From a virus (Duplodnaviria; Heunggongvirae; Uroviricota; Caudoviricetes): a stretch of 64,000 nt of DNA. Where the stretch lies: the IMG/VR virus record IMGVR_UViG_2799112923_000001; one strand, 5' to 3'. A model generated the notes under the pieces. The model was not told the DNA's origin and did no database searches. It worked only from the letters and a program-made list of their open reading frames with translations. This document shows positions 9,432 through 18,535 of the stretch, in pieces; the stretch's first letter is position 1, and every line of letters begins with the position of its first letter. The translations under genes and the position numbers were made by a program.

Positions 9432-10367
9432 ATGATTAACGAAAGTTTGTTATCAGATATAGATTGGATGGTTGACGAATACATTGAAAACAACCCAAAA
9501 GGTGATACCCAAGGTTGTTGGTTTTATGTATCAAAGCAGTTGGGTAAATTTGACGATTTAGACCAAGAAAGAGCTGCATTTAAGGCTGTTAAATCTGCTT
9601 ATTTGACAAAGATTGGCAGAGCTGACGAATTAGAAGAAGCTATGAAAATCGTCAAGGCTTTTGGTTATAAGATAATCAAAGAAGCTGAAGGTGATGATAC
9701 CGTTGGTGATGAACCTGAAGAAGTTGAAGATGAACCAACTGAAGACCCATTGGAAGATGAATCTGACGAAATCAAGACAATGGTTCATGAACTTGCCGAC
9801 TACACAGGTAATGATTATGCCGATGCTGAAGTTGATTACAATGAAGGTCCAGGTTCATTAGCTGTTCAAGTTACATTTGGTAATGAAGAATACTATTGCT
9901 ATGAATCCTATGACGATGCTGAAGAAGCTGCCAAGGAAGATTGTAAAGAATTGTTTGACGATATTGGAACAGAAGGTATTCGTTTTGAAAACATTGGTGG
10001 CATTGAAAATTTCGTAGATACTGGTTGGTTTGAAGATGCTAGACGAGAAAGTGCCGAATCTTATGTTTATGATATTCACGATAGCGAACCAGATAGATAC
10101 GAAGAAGAATTTGGTGACATGGATGTAGATGACGCAGTTGAAAAATACCTTGACGATGACGGCTATGAAAATGACCCAGTTCAATGGTACATTGACAACT
10201 TCGGTAAGAGCGAATTAAACGAAATAATCAAGAAGAATAACTTGATTGACGAAGATAAACTTGCCGAAGCAATCGTAGACGCAGATGGTCCTGCTAATTC
10301 TTTGGCTCGTTATGATGGTGATGAAATTTCACTTGATTGCGGATATTACTGCTATCGTACAAACTAA
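9432..10367 (+). CDS. Very acidic late protein, possible internal head protein
   Basis: Late promoter; internal LEEAMKIVKAFGYKIIKE leader-like motif; D/E-rich. Confidence 0.65.
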   Translation: MINESLLSDIDWMVDEYIENNPKGDTQGCWFYVSKQLGKFDDLDQERAAFKAVKSAYLTKIGRADELEEAMKIVKAFGYKIIKEAEGDDTVGDEPEEVEDEPTEDPLEDESDEIKTMVHELADYTGNDYADAEVDYNEGPGSLAVQVTFGNEEYYCYESYDDAEEAAKEDCKELFDDIGTEGIRFENIGGIENFVDTGWFEDARRESAESYVYDIHDSEPDRYEEEFGDMDVDDAVEKYLDDDGYENDPVQWYIDNFGKSELNEIIKKNNLIDEDKLAEAIVDADGPANSLARYDGDEISLDCGYYCYRTN

Positions 10368-10392
10368 TTAAATCTTACATATAAATTTTTAG

Positions 10393-10428
10393 AAGTTCCC
10401 AAAACCAAAAATTTTGGGAACTTTTTTT
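10393..10428 (+). terminator. Rho-independent terminator
   Basis: AAGTTCCCAAAA...TTTTGGGAACTT followed by a T run. Confidence 0.75.
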
Positions 10429-10450
10429 GTATATTGCTATATTTTAGATT

Positions 10451-10798
10451 ATGGAAAAATATAAATTCAATTTAACACAATTACTGCTAAAATTCAATAT
10501 GATGGGCTTTGATTGCCTAAATTTGGATTTTAAGAAAGACGATTGGAACGAATTATTTTATAATAGTTCTATGTGGTCTAAATCTGATAAACGCAACAAA
10601 TACTACTATGATTTAACTTTAAAGGTTAAATTGGTGGGTGATAGCATAGTCCTTAGATACCCAGGTAGTGATACTGTTTTAAAGACAGATTTTGACAATT
10701 TGATTGATGTTATAGATACAGGTAGATTTGAAACACTTATACATAAAAAGCAAGCGATTGATGATAAAATTCAAGAAGCAAAAACAGATTTTGAATAA
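10451..10798 (+). CDS. DF-tail family hypothetical protein
   Basis: TATATT just upstream; ends AKTDFE. Confidence 0.7.
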   Translation: MEKYKFNLTQLLLKFNMMGFDCLNLDFKKDDWNELFYNSSMWSKSDKRNKYYYDLTLKVKLVGDSIVLRYPGSDTVLKTDFDNLIDVIDTGRFETLIHKKQAIDDKIQEAKTDFE

Positions 10799-10806
10799 GG
10801 AAAAAT

Positions 10807-12636
10807 ATGCAGTCAAATAAAAAAGATTTACTTGAATTGATGAAATGTAAACCATATCTAACAACAGACGATATGAAATCATTGAAGTTAAAGCCTGAAA
10901 CTCTAAAAGACTTTTGTGACGAATTTGGTTTCAAAATCAGTATGTTAAAGTATGGCAACGAAGAATATAGATTCTTTAACAAAGATGGTGTAATGGTTAA
11001 AGACTACACCAAACTAGAAGTTACAGACAATGGTTATTGGAAGTTCTCCACACAAACTAGATGTCAGGAAGATTTGGATAAACTATACAAACGAATTTGT
11101 GCTGATGCTAGAAAGCGTGGATTGGTAAAGAATGATATTGGTGTATGCCACGAAAAGATTGAAGATTATAGATTGACCCAATACACCGAAGAAGCTCGTT
11201 TCCCTGATTTCACATTCAAACAGAAATACAAAAGACCAAAAGAAAGAAATGCTAAGTCATGGAATTATTGGGATAACTGGCGAGATATGCCAGAGTTTAT
11301 CTTTGACTTCAAGCCATATTCTTACACAAAAATACAAATGTATTTCAAGAAATCCGACTATACTCTTGAACAACTAATGGAAATTTTTGAACAAAGTTTT
11401 GGTATTAGTCCTGAAGATTGCTGGTACCCAATTCAAAAATGGCAAGAACATACCAAGCATCGTATTCGTTGGTTGGGTGGTGAACATCCTCGTTATCCAA
11501 TTTTCGTTGTATCCCGTGGAAGAAGTGGCGAATTTAAAAACCACATTTCTCACCAGCTCACAAAGATGCAGGTGAACCATTACATTGTTGTAGAAGATTG
11601 GGATTACGATAACTATGTAAATAGTAAACTCAATGAAAGTCCATATTGTACCATTCTACAAATGGATATGAGTTATAAAGATAAGTACGATGTTATTAAC
11701 CCTAATTTGGGTGGTGCGAAGATAGATTTTAGAAATGGTAAGCAAGTTACCGGTCCTGGTGCAGCACGAAATTGGGCAGCCGATTATGCCAAAAACACAT
11801 TGAAACAAAATTGGTGTTGGATTTTGGATGACAATACAGACCAGTTCACCCGATATTGGAGAGGACGCCGAGTTATTTCCCACTCACCCGAAATCTTCAG
11901 TTCTTGTGAACGATTTGTTGACCGCTACACCAACATTGGATTGGCTGGCTTGAACTATGAATGTTTCGCTATTGGTGGCGAACATATCCCACCTATCATT
12001 ATTAACACTCGTATCTATTCTTATGGTTTGTGGAATTTGAATTGCCCATACATTATGCAGCGTGGAAGATACAATGAAGATACCATTCAGTCTCTTGACA
12101 TTCTATCCCACGGTTGGTGTACTGTTCAATTCTCTTGTATGTTGGCAGATAAGATGCACACACAGGCCGTAAAGGGTGGTAATACAGAAGTATTCTACTC
12201 AAAAGATTTGGGTGGTACAATTCCTAAATCCCAGCTCCTAGTTGAAACATACCCACAGTATGCTACAATGATTTACAAGTTTGAACGAATCCACCACCAG
12301 GTAGATTATAGTTCATTCAAGCAGGAACTACAATATAAGCCTGAATATGAGTATCTAAAAGACGAGGAACGAAACATTCCTAATGAACATGGTGCTTATT
12401 GTATTCGTATTCCATACGATAACTTTGATTGGTTAAGAAACGATGAATACGATAATCGTGAATATCTTGAAAAACATTTCCCAAAGGGTTGTGCCGAAGA
12501 TATTACCAATAGTAGATTGTATTTGGATTATCCTGATATGGAAGATTACGATAAATGCCCATATAACTCGCCAAAACACGAAGAAATGGCGAAAAAATTC
12601 AAAGAACACGATTCATTGGAAGGCTACTATCTATAA
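10807..12636 (+). CDS. GT-A fold glycosyltransferase, TAGT/GREB1-like, with N-terminal extension
   Basis: YPIFVVSRGRS, GPGAARNWA, WILDDN, RGRYNEDTIQSLDIL and KGGNT motifs; WRDMPEF motif upstream. Confidence 0.75.
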   Translation: MQSNKKDLLELMKCKPYLTTDDMKSLKLKPETLKDFCDEFGFKISMLKYGNEEYRFFNKDGVMVKDYTKLEVTDNGYWKFSTQTRCQEDLDKLYKRICADARKRGLVKNDIGVCHEKIEDYRLTQYTEEARFPDFTFKQKYKRPKERNAKSWNYWDNWRDMPEFIFDFKPYSYTKIQMYFKKSDYTLEQLMEIFEQSFGISPEDCWYPIQKWQEHTKHRIRWLGGEHPRYPIFVVSRGRSGEFKNHISHQLTKMQVNHYIVVEDWDYDNYVNSKLNESPYCTILQMDMSYKDKYDVINPNLGGAKIDFRNGKQVTGPGAARNWAADYAKNTLKQNWCWILDDNTDQFTRYWRGRRVISHSPEIFSSCERFVDRYTNIGLAGLNYECFAIGGEHIPPIIINTRIYSYGLWNLNCPYIMQRGRYNEDTIQSLDILSHGWCTVQFSCMLADKMHTQAVKGGNTEVFYSKDLGGTIPKSQLLVETYPQYATMIYKFERIHHQVDYSSFKQELQYKPEYEYLKDEERNIPNEHGAYCIRIPYDNFDWLRNDEYDNREYLEKHFPKGCAEDITNSRLYLDYPDMEDYDKCPYNSPKHEEMAKKFKEHDSLEGYYL

Positions 12637-12642
12637 CGAATT

Positions 12643-12693
12643 TTGGTCCCTATCAAGGGACCATTTTTCATAAATAGTATATAAGGAGAATTT
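12643..12693 (+). promoter_or_regulatory. Terminator followed by late promoter and SD
   Basis: TGGTCCCT..AGGGACCA hairpin, then CATAAATA and AAGGAG; 30 bp identical to 14058-14087. Confidence 0.7.
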
Positions 12694-12695
12694 GT

Positions 12696-13055
12696 ATGGA
12701 GTTAAATGAGGCAAAAGAAATCCTAAAATCAAAAGGGTATTTGTGCGAAAGCGATGCCAACTATGATATAGATATGGAAACTGCTAAAAGAAAGTTTGAA
12801 CAACTCAAAGTTTCTTACGAAGGAATGGCTAATATGGCAGGAATTATAGCCAGTTTAGCAAAAGAAATGGGTGTAGAATCATTTTTGGATTTCAAAGAAG
12901 ATTTTGATGGTTCGTTCTATTTGACAGTAACTGTTAAAGATAACACATTTAAAATCTATGGTAGTGGATTAGTTTATTTGAATGACGAAGAACCTGAATC
13001 CATGTCTGCTCACGATATAGCCAAAAAAATTAAATTTATTGAAGAAGTAGTATAA
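12696..13055 (+). CDS. Late protein with EAxxILxxxGY leader
   Basis: MELNEAKEILKSKGYLCE. Confidence 0.7.
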   Translation: MELNEAKEILKSKGYLCESDANYDIDMETAKRKFEQLKVSYEGMANMAGIIASLAKEMGVESFLDFKEDFDGSFYLTVTVKDNTFKIYGSGLVYLNDEEPESMSAHDIAKKIKFIEEVV

Positions 13056-13091
13056 ATACTATAAAACATAGAATTTTATAAGGAGTATAAT

Positions 13092-14012
13092 ATGAAATTT
13101 AATGAAGCTAGAGAATTGCTATTGGATGAAGGCTATCGCATTATTGGCGAAGATTTTGAAGATGGCGCTGAATTTGGTGATGTTCCTGCCGATTTGCCAG
13201 TAGAAGGCGAAGAAGTTGGTGAATTGGATAGCGACATTTACGGTGCTATTGAACAAGGTCTTGGTGACGAAGGTTTTGACCCACAAGAAACCGCCGACAT
13301 TATGACTAATTTCACCGACAAGATTAACGAACTTGTTGAAAAGGGTGTAGATGCCGCTGATATCGTAAAGGTTCTCGCATACGAAAATTGCCCAACCGAA
13401 GGTGATGACCTTGAAGAAGAAATTCCAGCAGACGATGGCGAAGATTTGACAGACGTTCCTGTTGACGAAGCATATATGACCGAAGGCAAATCAAAGGCTA
13501 AATCCGACAAATTCGCTCATAAAGAAAAAGTAGCATACAAGAAAAAGAAACAGTCTTGCTGCGAAGATGATGACGATGAAGATTTAGACGAAAACTACGA
13601 TTTGTACGAAGGTAAATCTAAACCAAAGTCCGATAAGTTCGCCCATAAAGAAAAGGTTGCCGGTAAGAAACCAAAGGGTTGCTGTGGCAAGAAGGGTTGT
13701 AAAGATTGCGAAGATGACGAATTAGACGAATCCTTGGAAGATGATTATCCTGAAACATTCCGCAGACCAAATAATGTTCAGCAGGGAACTGATAACTGGG
13801 ACGATTTCAAAGACGATTTCCGTGCCAAATCTTTGTTCTTGAAGAAGGCTTTAACTCCACAGTTCGTATCTGGTATAATCAAAGATACTGATTTTGAAAC
13901 AGACGATAAAGAAATTAAGGCTTATGCTTTCACTATCATTGAAGATGTTTTCGGAACAAAGAATCCTGTAGTAAATCTTCAGGCAAGAATCCGTAAACAT
14001 TTCGTTGGTTAA
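13092..14012 (+). CDS. Acidic late protein with leader and internal repeat
   Basis: TATAAATA at 13051; MKFNEARELLLDEGYRIIGE; EGKSKxKSDKFAHKEKVA occurs twice. Confidence 0.7.
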   Translation: MKFNEARELLLDEGYRIIGEDFEDGAEFGDVPADLPVEGEEVGELDSDIYGAIEQGLGDEGFDPQETADIMTNFTDKINELVEKGVDAADIVKVLAYENCPTEGDDLEEEIPADDGEDLTDVPVDEAYMTEGKSKAKSDKFAHKEKVAYKKKKQSCCEDDDDEDLDENYDLYEGKSKPKSDKFAHKEKVAGKKPKGCCGKKGCKDCEDDELDESLEDDYPETFRRPNNVQQGTDNWDDFKDDFRAKSLFLKKALTPQFVSGIIKDTDFETDDKEIKAYAFTIIEDVFGTKNPVVNLQARIRKHFVG

Positions 14013-14036
14013 TAATAAACTAACATTCAATAATTC

Positions 14037-14087
14037 AAAGACCGCCAAAAGCGGTCTTTTTTCATAAATAGTATATAAGGAGAATTT
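14037..14087 (+). promoter_or_regulatory. Terminator followed by late promoter and SD
   Basis: AAAGACCGC..GCGGTCTTT hairpin, then CATAAATA and AAGGAG. Confidence 0.7.
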
Positions 14088-14089
14088 AT

Positions 14090-14359
14090 ATGCAATTACG
14101 AGAAGCTATTGAAAAATTGAAAAATTTTGGATATAAAGTTCTTAATGAAGAAATGTATGAAAAAGAATATATGGAACAATTAAGAACTCGTATTCTAAAT
14201 TTTGCGAAAGAAGTGGATTTTACAGTAGACCCTGAACTATTGGAAACTGTAATGTTTGAAGCATACAGTCACGATATGGATTTAGACCAGGCATTTAAAG
14301 CTGTATGGAAAGCAGTTTATGTTGAAGATGGTGCTTCTACAGTAGTGGAGATTGAATAA
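14090..14359 (+). CDS. Late protein with EAxxILxxxGY leader
   Basis: MQLREAIEKLKNFGYKVLNE. Confidence 0.7.
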   Translation: MQLREAIEKLKNFGYKVLNEEMYEKEYMEQLRTRILNFAKEVDFTVDPELLETVMFEAYSHDMDLDQAFKAVWKAVYVEDGASTVVEIE

Positions 14360-15141
14360 TGTTAGACGAAGCAAAAAAAGCAGAATTACCAGAAGTTAAA
14401 TTCACCACAAAGTTTTTGGAAACTGAATTTAAAAGATTTAACAAATTATATTTCAATGGCAAATTAAAGCCAATTACATTAACTTGGTCTAGTCATTTAA
14501 AAGCATTGGGTAGATGTGTATCTCAGTTTAATACACTCAAACAACAAATTATTACTCTTGAAATCATTTTGAATAGAAATGAATTGACTGACTATGCGGC
14601 TTTTAGAAACACTTTCGTTCACGAAATGTGCCATTATTTTCACAATGCTTCCATTACAAAAGAACAAATAAAAGCTGCTAATAAAGTTGGTTATGCTTTG
14701 AGCCGCAAATGGTGTAATGCTCTTGGATGGGGAACTGATGGACTTGGACATAGTGGTGTTTGGGAAGCAAAAGCAAACGAATTAAACAAGAAGTTTAAAG
14801 AACTCCACATACAAAGAATTGGTGGTAAGAATGCTGTTGCTAACAGAACTGCTACTGGTAGAATTAAGAAATCCGCTATTAAAGCAGCAGAAGGTAATCA
14901 CGCAGTAATGATTTCTCGTTGGAAAACATATTTTACATTCCTTACAGATGAAGAATTAAAAGCTGCTAAAAAAGATAGCCTTGTAAAAGAAATCTATGAA
15001 TTTGAATATGACCCAACTAAAGTAGCTGAATATGGATTGAAGGTATGTTCAGCATATACTAGAGGCTACAAACAGAAATTCTTTAACTATTTGTGTAAAG
15101 AAGGTGTAATTAAGAAATATACAAAGAAACAAATTAAGTAA
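14359..15141 (+). CDS. SprT-like zinc metalloprotease
   Basis: FNKLYFNGKL, ALGRC, TFVHEMCH (HExxH), GHSGVW. Confidence 0.8.
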   Translation: MLDEAKKAELPEVKFTTKFLETEFKRFNKLYFNGKLKPITLTWSSHLKALGRCVSQFNTLKQQIITLEIILNRNELTDYAAFRNTFVHEMCHYFHNASITKEQIKAANKVGYALSRKWCNALGWGTDGLGHSGVWEAKANELNKKFKELHIQRIGGKNAVANRTATGRIKKSAIKAAEGNHAVMISRWKTYFTFLTDEELKAAKKDSLVKEIYEFEYDPTKVAEYGLKVCSAYTRGYKQKFFNYLCKEGVIKKYTKKQIK

Positions 15142-15143
15142 TC

Positions 15144-16394
15144 ATGAAAATAGATTGGTCAAGATTTAACGAAGAAGTACAAAAGGGTGTAGACCTTTGT
15201 AAACAAATTAACGAATACGGCTACGAGGCATATATTGTTGGTGGCTGTGTTCGTGATATTGTTTTGTGGTATAAAGCCGGTTCCAAGGGCGACCCAAAGG
15301 TTCATGATGTAGATATTGCTACCAATATGCCCATTGACGAATTGTACGATAATTTCAAATGTACATCCAACAATGGTGAAGCCCACGGTACTATTCTTGT
15401 TCTACACGATGGCGAAGCATTTGAAGTAACACAGTTCCGTACTGATGGTGATTATAGTGATGGCAGACACCCCGATAGTGTTCAATTCACAAAATCATTC
15501 AAAGACGATACGGCTAGACGAGATTTTACTATCAATGCTATGGGTATTGATGCTGATGGTAACTTGATTGACTATCACGGTGGTGAAAAAGACCTTGATG
15601 CTGGTGTGTTAAGAACTGTTGGAAATGCTAATCAAAGATTTAGTGAAGATGCCCTTCGTATCATTCGTGCTATGCGTTTCGCAGCTAGATTTGGAATGAA
15701 GATTGACGATGAAACTATGGAAGGTATAACCAATGTAAAGGGTAATTTGGATAAAATAGCCAAAGAAAGAATTGGGGCAGAATTAACAAAGACCGCAGAA
15801 TATGGTAAGAAACCATTTGCCGATGTTATTGGTTTGTTAATGAAGTCAGGTGCCAATGAAGTAATTGACCCCGAAATGTTGGTTAATTGGAAAATGGCTA
15901 AGGACCTAACTAGAAAATATGCCGGCATGGATATTGACGAAAAAGACCCAAAAGTTCTTTTCGCTCTAATGTTTTATGATTGCGACAATTTACCAAACTG
16001 TATCAAACTTTTTAGAATGGAAAATGATTTGTTAAAAACATTACAGTATGTTTATACAAATTTGAATTTCGTCAATAATCTTTATGGTGATTTGAATAAG
16101 ACATTAAACATATATACCCATAAAGATTTTGAAATCCTAAACGCAGTTAACTATATCATATCTGGCGAAGCCATTAATAAAAAAGAAAGAAAAGTTTTAG
16201 ATGACCTTGTGAATAATGTATTACCTGATAGTAAGATATTGAGTAATGCTATTATAGATTGTGGTGTTAAAGGTCAACAGTTTGGTTTAATGTTAAATAA
16301 ACTCAAAAATTGGTATTATGGTGCTTATCTTTATCAACATAAGAAACCATCCCAAGATGATATAGAGGACTTCGTTGAAAACGAAATGAGGTGA
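15144..16394 (+). CDS. cca: tRNA nucleotidyltransferase (class II CCA-adding / poly(A) polymerase family)
   Basis: YIVGGCVRD, DVDIAT, FEVTQFR, RRDFTINAM, RFSEDALRIIRAMRF. Confidence 0.9.
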   Translation: MKIDWSRFNEEVQKGVDLCKQINEYGYEAYIVGGCVRDIVLWYKAGSKGDPKVHDVDIATNMPIDELYDNFKCTSNNGEAHGTILVLHDGEAFEVTQFRTDGDYSDGRHPDSVQFTKSFKDDTARRDFTINAMGIDADGNLIDYHGGEKDLDAGVLRTVGNANQRFSEDALRIIRAMRFAARFGMKIDDETMEGITNVKGNLDKIAKERIGAELTKTAEYGKKPFADVIGLLMKSGANEVIDPEMLVNWKMAKDLTRKYAGMDIDEKDPKVLFALMFYDCDNLPNCIKLFRMENDLLKTLQYVYTNLNFVNNLYGDLNKTLNIYTHKDFEILNAVNYIISGEAINKKERKVLDDLVNNVLPDSKILSNAIIDCGVKGQQFGLMLNKLKNWYYGAYLYQHKKPSQDDIEDFVENEMR

Positions 16395-16398
16395 GATT

Positions 16399-17292
16399 AT
16401 GTTTTTTAAGAATGAAATGTTAAGGGGAGCGGGCGAATCCATTCCCATGACTGAAGAAGAAATCAAAGAATATATTAAATGTAAAAAGAGTATATTCCAT
16501 TTCGCAAAATACTTTACAATTATTGGTCCTGCAGGCGAAGAAAAGATGTGTTTGCGACCATATCAGGAAAAGATTGTAAAGACCATTTGTGCGAAAATCC
16601 CAGATAAGAATAACAGAATTATTATGATGGGACGTCAAACTGGTAAGACTACTATTGCGACCTTGTATATTCTTTGGTATGCTTTATTCCATAAGTCAAA
16701 GACTATTGCTGTTCTAGCAAACAAGGCTTCCCAGGCAGAAGAAATTTTGCTTCGTATTAAGAACGCATACATTAAGTTGCCAATGTGGTTACAACAGGGA
16801 TTGGTTAAGTGGAACAATGGTGAAATTACTATGGAAAACGAAACAAAGATTTTCACTGGTGCTAGTTCTAGTTCATCTGTTCGTGGTAAATCTATTGACC
16901 TTCTCCTTGTGGACGAATTTGCGTTCATTGATGACAATATGGCTGAAAAGTTTATGCAGTCTGTTTTCCCAACACAAGCTGCTAAAAAAGATGCTATGAT
17001 GATTTTGATTTCAACTCCAAAGGGAATGAACCATTTCTACAACATTTGGACTAAGGCCGTTTCGGGTAAGAACTCATTTATTCCATGTAAAATCCAATGG
17101 TTTGAAGTTGAAGGTAGAGATGAGGCATGGCTTCAAAAACAAATTAGAGATAATGGTGAGCAGTTCGTAAACCAAGAATATAAATGTTTAACTGGTGATG
17201 CGAGAGTTACTGTGGAATATGATAATGGTTTGGTTCAAGAAATGACTTTGGAAGAATTATACTTGTTAGAACAGGAACAATTAGCAAGTTAA
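16399..17292 (+). CDS. terL: Terminase large subunit N-terminal (ATPase) part fused to a split-intein N-fragment
   Basis: LRPYQ, Walker A GRQTGKTT, Walker B LLLVDEFAF, ISTPKG, QEY; then CLTGDARV...TLEELY and a stop; nuclease domain absent. Confidence 0.9.
   Translation: MFFKNEMLRGAGESIPMTEEEIKEYIKCKKSIFHFAKYFTIIGPAGEEKMCLRPYQEKIVKTICAKIPDKNNRIIMMGRQTGKTTIATLYILWYALFHKSKTIAVLANKASQAEEILLRIKNAYIKLPMWLQQGLVKWNNGEITMENETKIFTGASSSSSVRGKSIDLLLVDEFAFIDDNMAEKFMQSVFPTQAAKKDAMMILISTPKGMNHFYNIWTKAVSGKNSFIPCKIQWFEVEGRDEAWLQKQIRDNGEQFVNQEYKCLTGDARVTVEYDNGLVQEMTLEELYLLEQEQLAS
17185..17292 (+). mobile_element. Split intein N-fragment (35 aa)
   Basis: CLTGDARVTVEYDNGLVQEMTLEELY matches intein block A and begins at the Cys following QEYK. 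Confidence 0.8.
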
Positions 17293-17302
17293 TAAATACA
17301 AT

Positions 17303-18211
17303 ATGGCAAATAATGAAGAAAATGAAAATAAGCCACATCCAAGACCACCTTGGGTGAATAACGGGCACCATTCACCAGCACAGGCTATGACACCTCCGCC
17401 ACATCACTGGCGTCCAGGTCCACCAAATTATTGCTGTGATGGCGACCGCTTTATGGCAGACCATGAAATACAGAATGTGCCACAACTAATTGCTTATATT
17501 AAAGGTCAATTAGGTTCTCCAGTCATTTGTGTAGAAGTTAGTGATGCTCAATTATTGGATATAATTAGAGATACTGTACAATATATTTGGAGATACTATT
17601 ACAAAGAAGGTAATTATCGTGATTATCTTTGTATGGAATTGCTACCTGGTAAAACACATTATAAGATTTGCCAGGAACTTGAATCTGTTGTAGATTTCCA
17701 AACTGCTAGTTGGTTGGGAAACATTAACGAATTATTCACAGTTCCACACAATGTTTTATACGATACTGTACAGGGAATGAACTCATTTAACTATAACGGA
17801 ATGTGCTATGGCGATTCTAGTTATGGTGATGTAATGGGTAACTTCAATGCTCAATTAGTTTGGTTGAAACAGGTCAAATTTGATTTGGGACAAAGTTTCC
17901 AAGTTAGTTATAATGCCAAAGAGAAAGTATTACATGTTTGGGGTTCGCCACAAAAACCTGTTCATGGTTTAATGGAAGTAGTCAAAAGACAAAGTTCATT
18001 TAAGGTCTTTAATGATTATTGGTTCAAAGAATTGGTAGTATGTAAAGCAGGTATGATTTGGACTAACTCATTAAGAAAGTATTCATTGAGTATTGCTGGT
18101 GGTGGTCAGTTAAATGCTGACTCATTGTATAGTTCATATAAAGAAAGATACGATGCTGCTATTGAAAGAATTGACAAAGAAAGTCCACACGGTTTCATTT
18201 ACATAGGATAA
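17303..18211 (+). CDS. Neck protein, T4 gp13-like
   Basis: LIAYIKGQLGSPVICVEVSDAQL; WTNSLRKY...GGGQLNAD; Pro/His-rich N-terminal extension. Confidence 0.8.
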   Translation: MANNEENENKPHPRPPWVNNGHHSPAQAMTPPPHHWRPGPPNYCCDGDRFMADHEIQNVPQLIAYIKGQLGSPVICVEVSDAQLLDIIRDTVQYIWRYYYKEGNYRDYLCMELLPGKTHYKICQELESVVDFQTASWLGNINELFTVPHNVLYDTVQGMNSFNYNGMCYGDSSYGDVMGNFNAQLVWLKQVKFDLGQSFQVSYNAKEKVLHVWGSPQKPVHGLMEVVKRQSSFKVFNDYWFKELVVCKAGMIWTNSLRKYSLSIAGGGQLNADSLYSSYKERYDAAIERIDKESPHGFIYIG

Positions 18212-18214
18212 TAA

Positions 18215-18526
18215 ATGAACAACATAACATACAGACCAAACTATCTTAAAGAAGAAAATACCGAGGGATTCCAAGAGTATGACCTTGGTAGTATTGACTT
18301 CGGGAACTATGATTTTGGAACAACCAAATCATATATGGTACACTATTATGAAGTTGGTCGCCCTGATATCATTTCACAGAACATTTATGGCACATCAAAC
18401 CTATGGTGGTTTGTAATGTGGTATAATGGTGTATCTGATGTTTGGAATGATTTAAGAGATGGTATGATGTTGCGTTATCCACAGTATGAAATGGTGATAC
18501 AAGCATTTAAATTATATGGAAAATAA
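18215..18526 (+). CDS. Baseplate wedge protein, T4 gp53-like (LysM-like)
   Basis: GRPDIISQNIYGTSNLWWFVMWYNGVSD. Confidence 0.75.
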   Translation: MNNITYRPNYLKEENTEGFQEYDLGSIDFGNYDFGTTKSYMVHYYEVGRPDIISQNIYGTSNLWWFVMWYNGVSDVWNDLRDGMMLRYPQYEMVIQAFKLYGK

Positions 18527-18535
18527 GGAGTTAAA

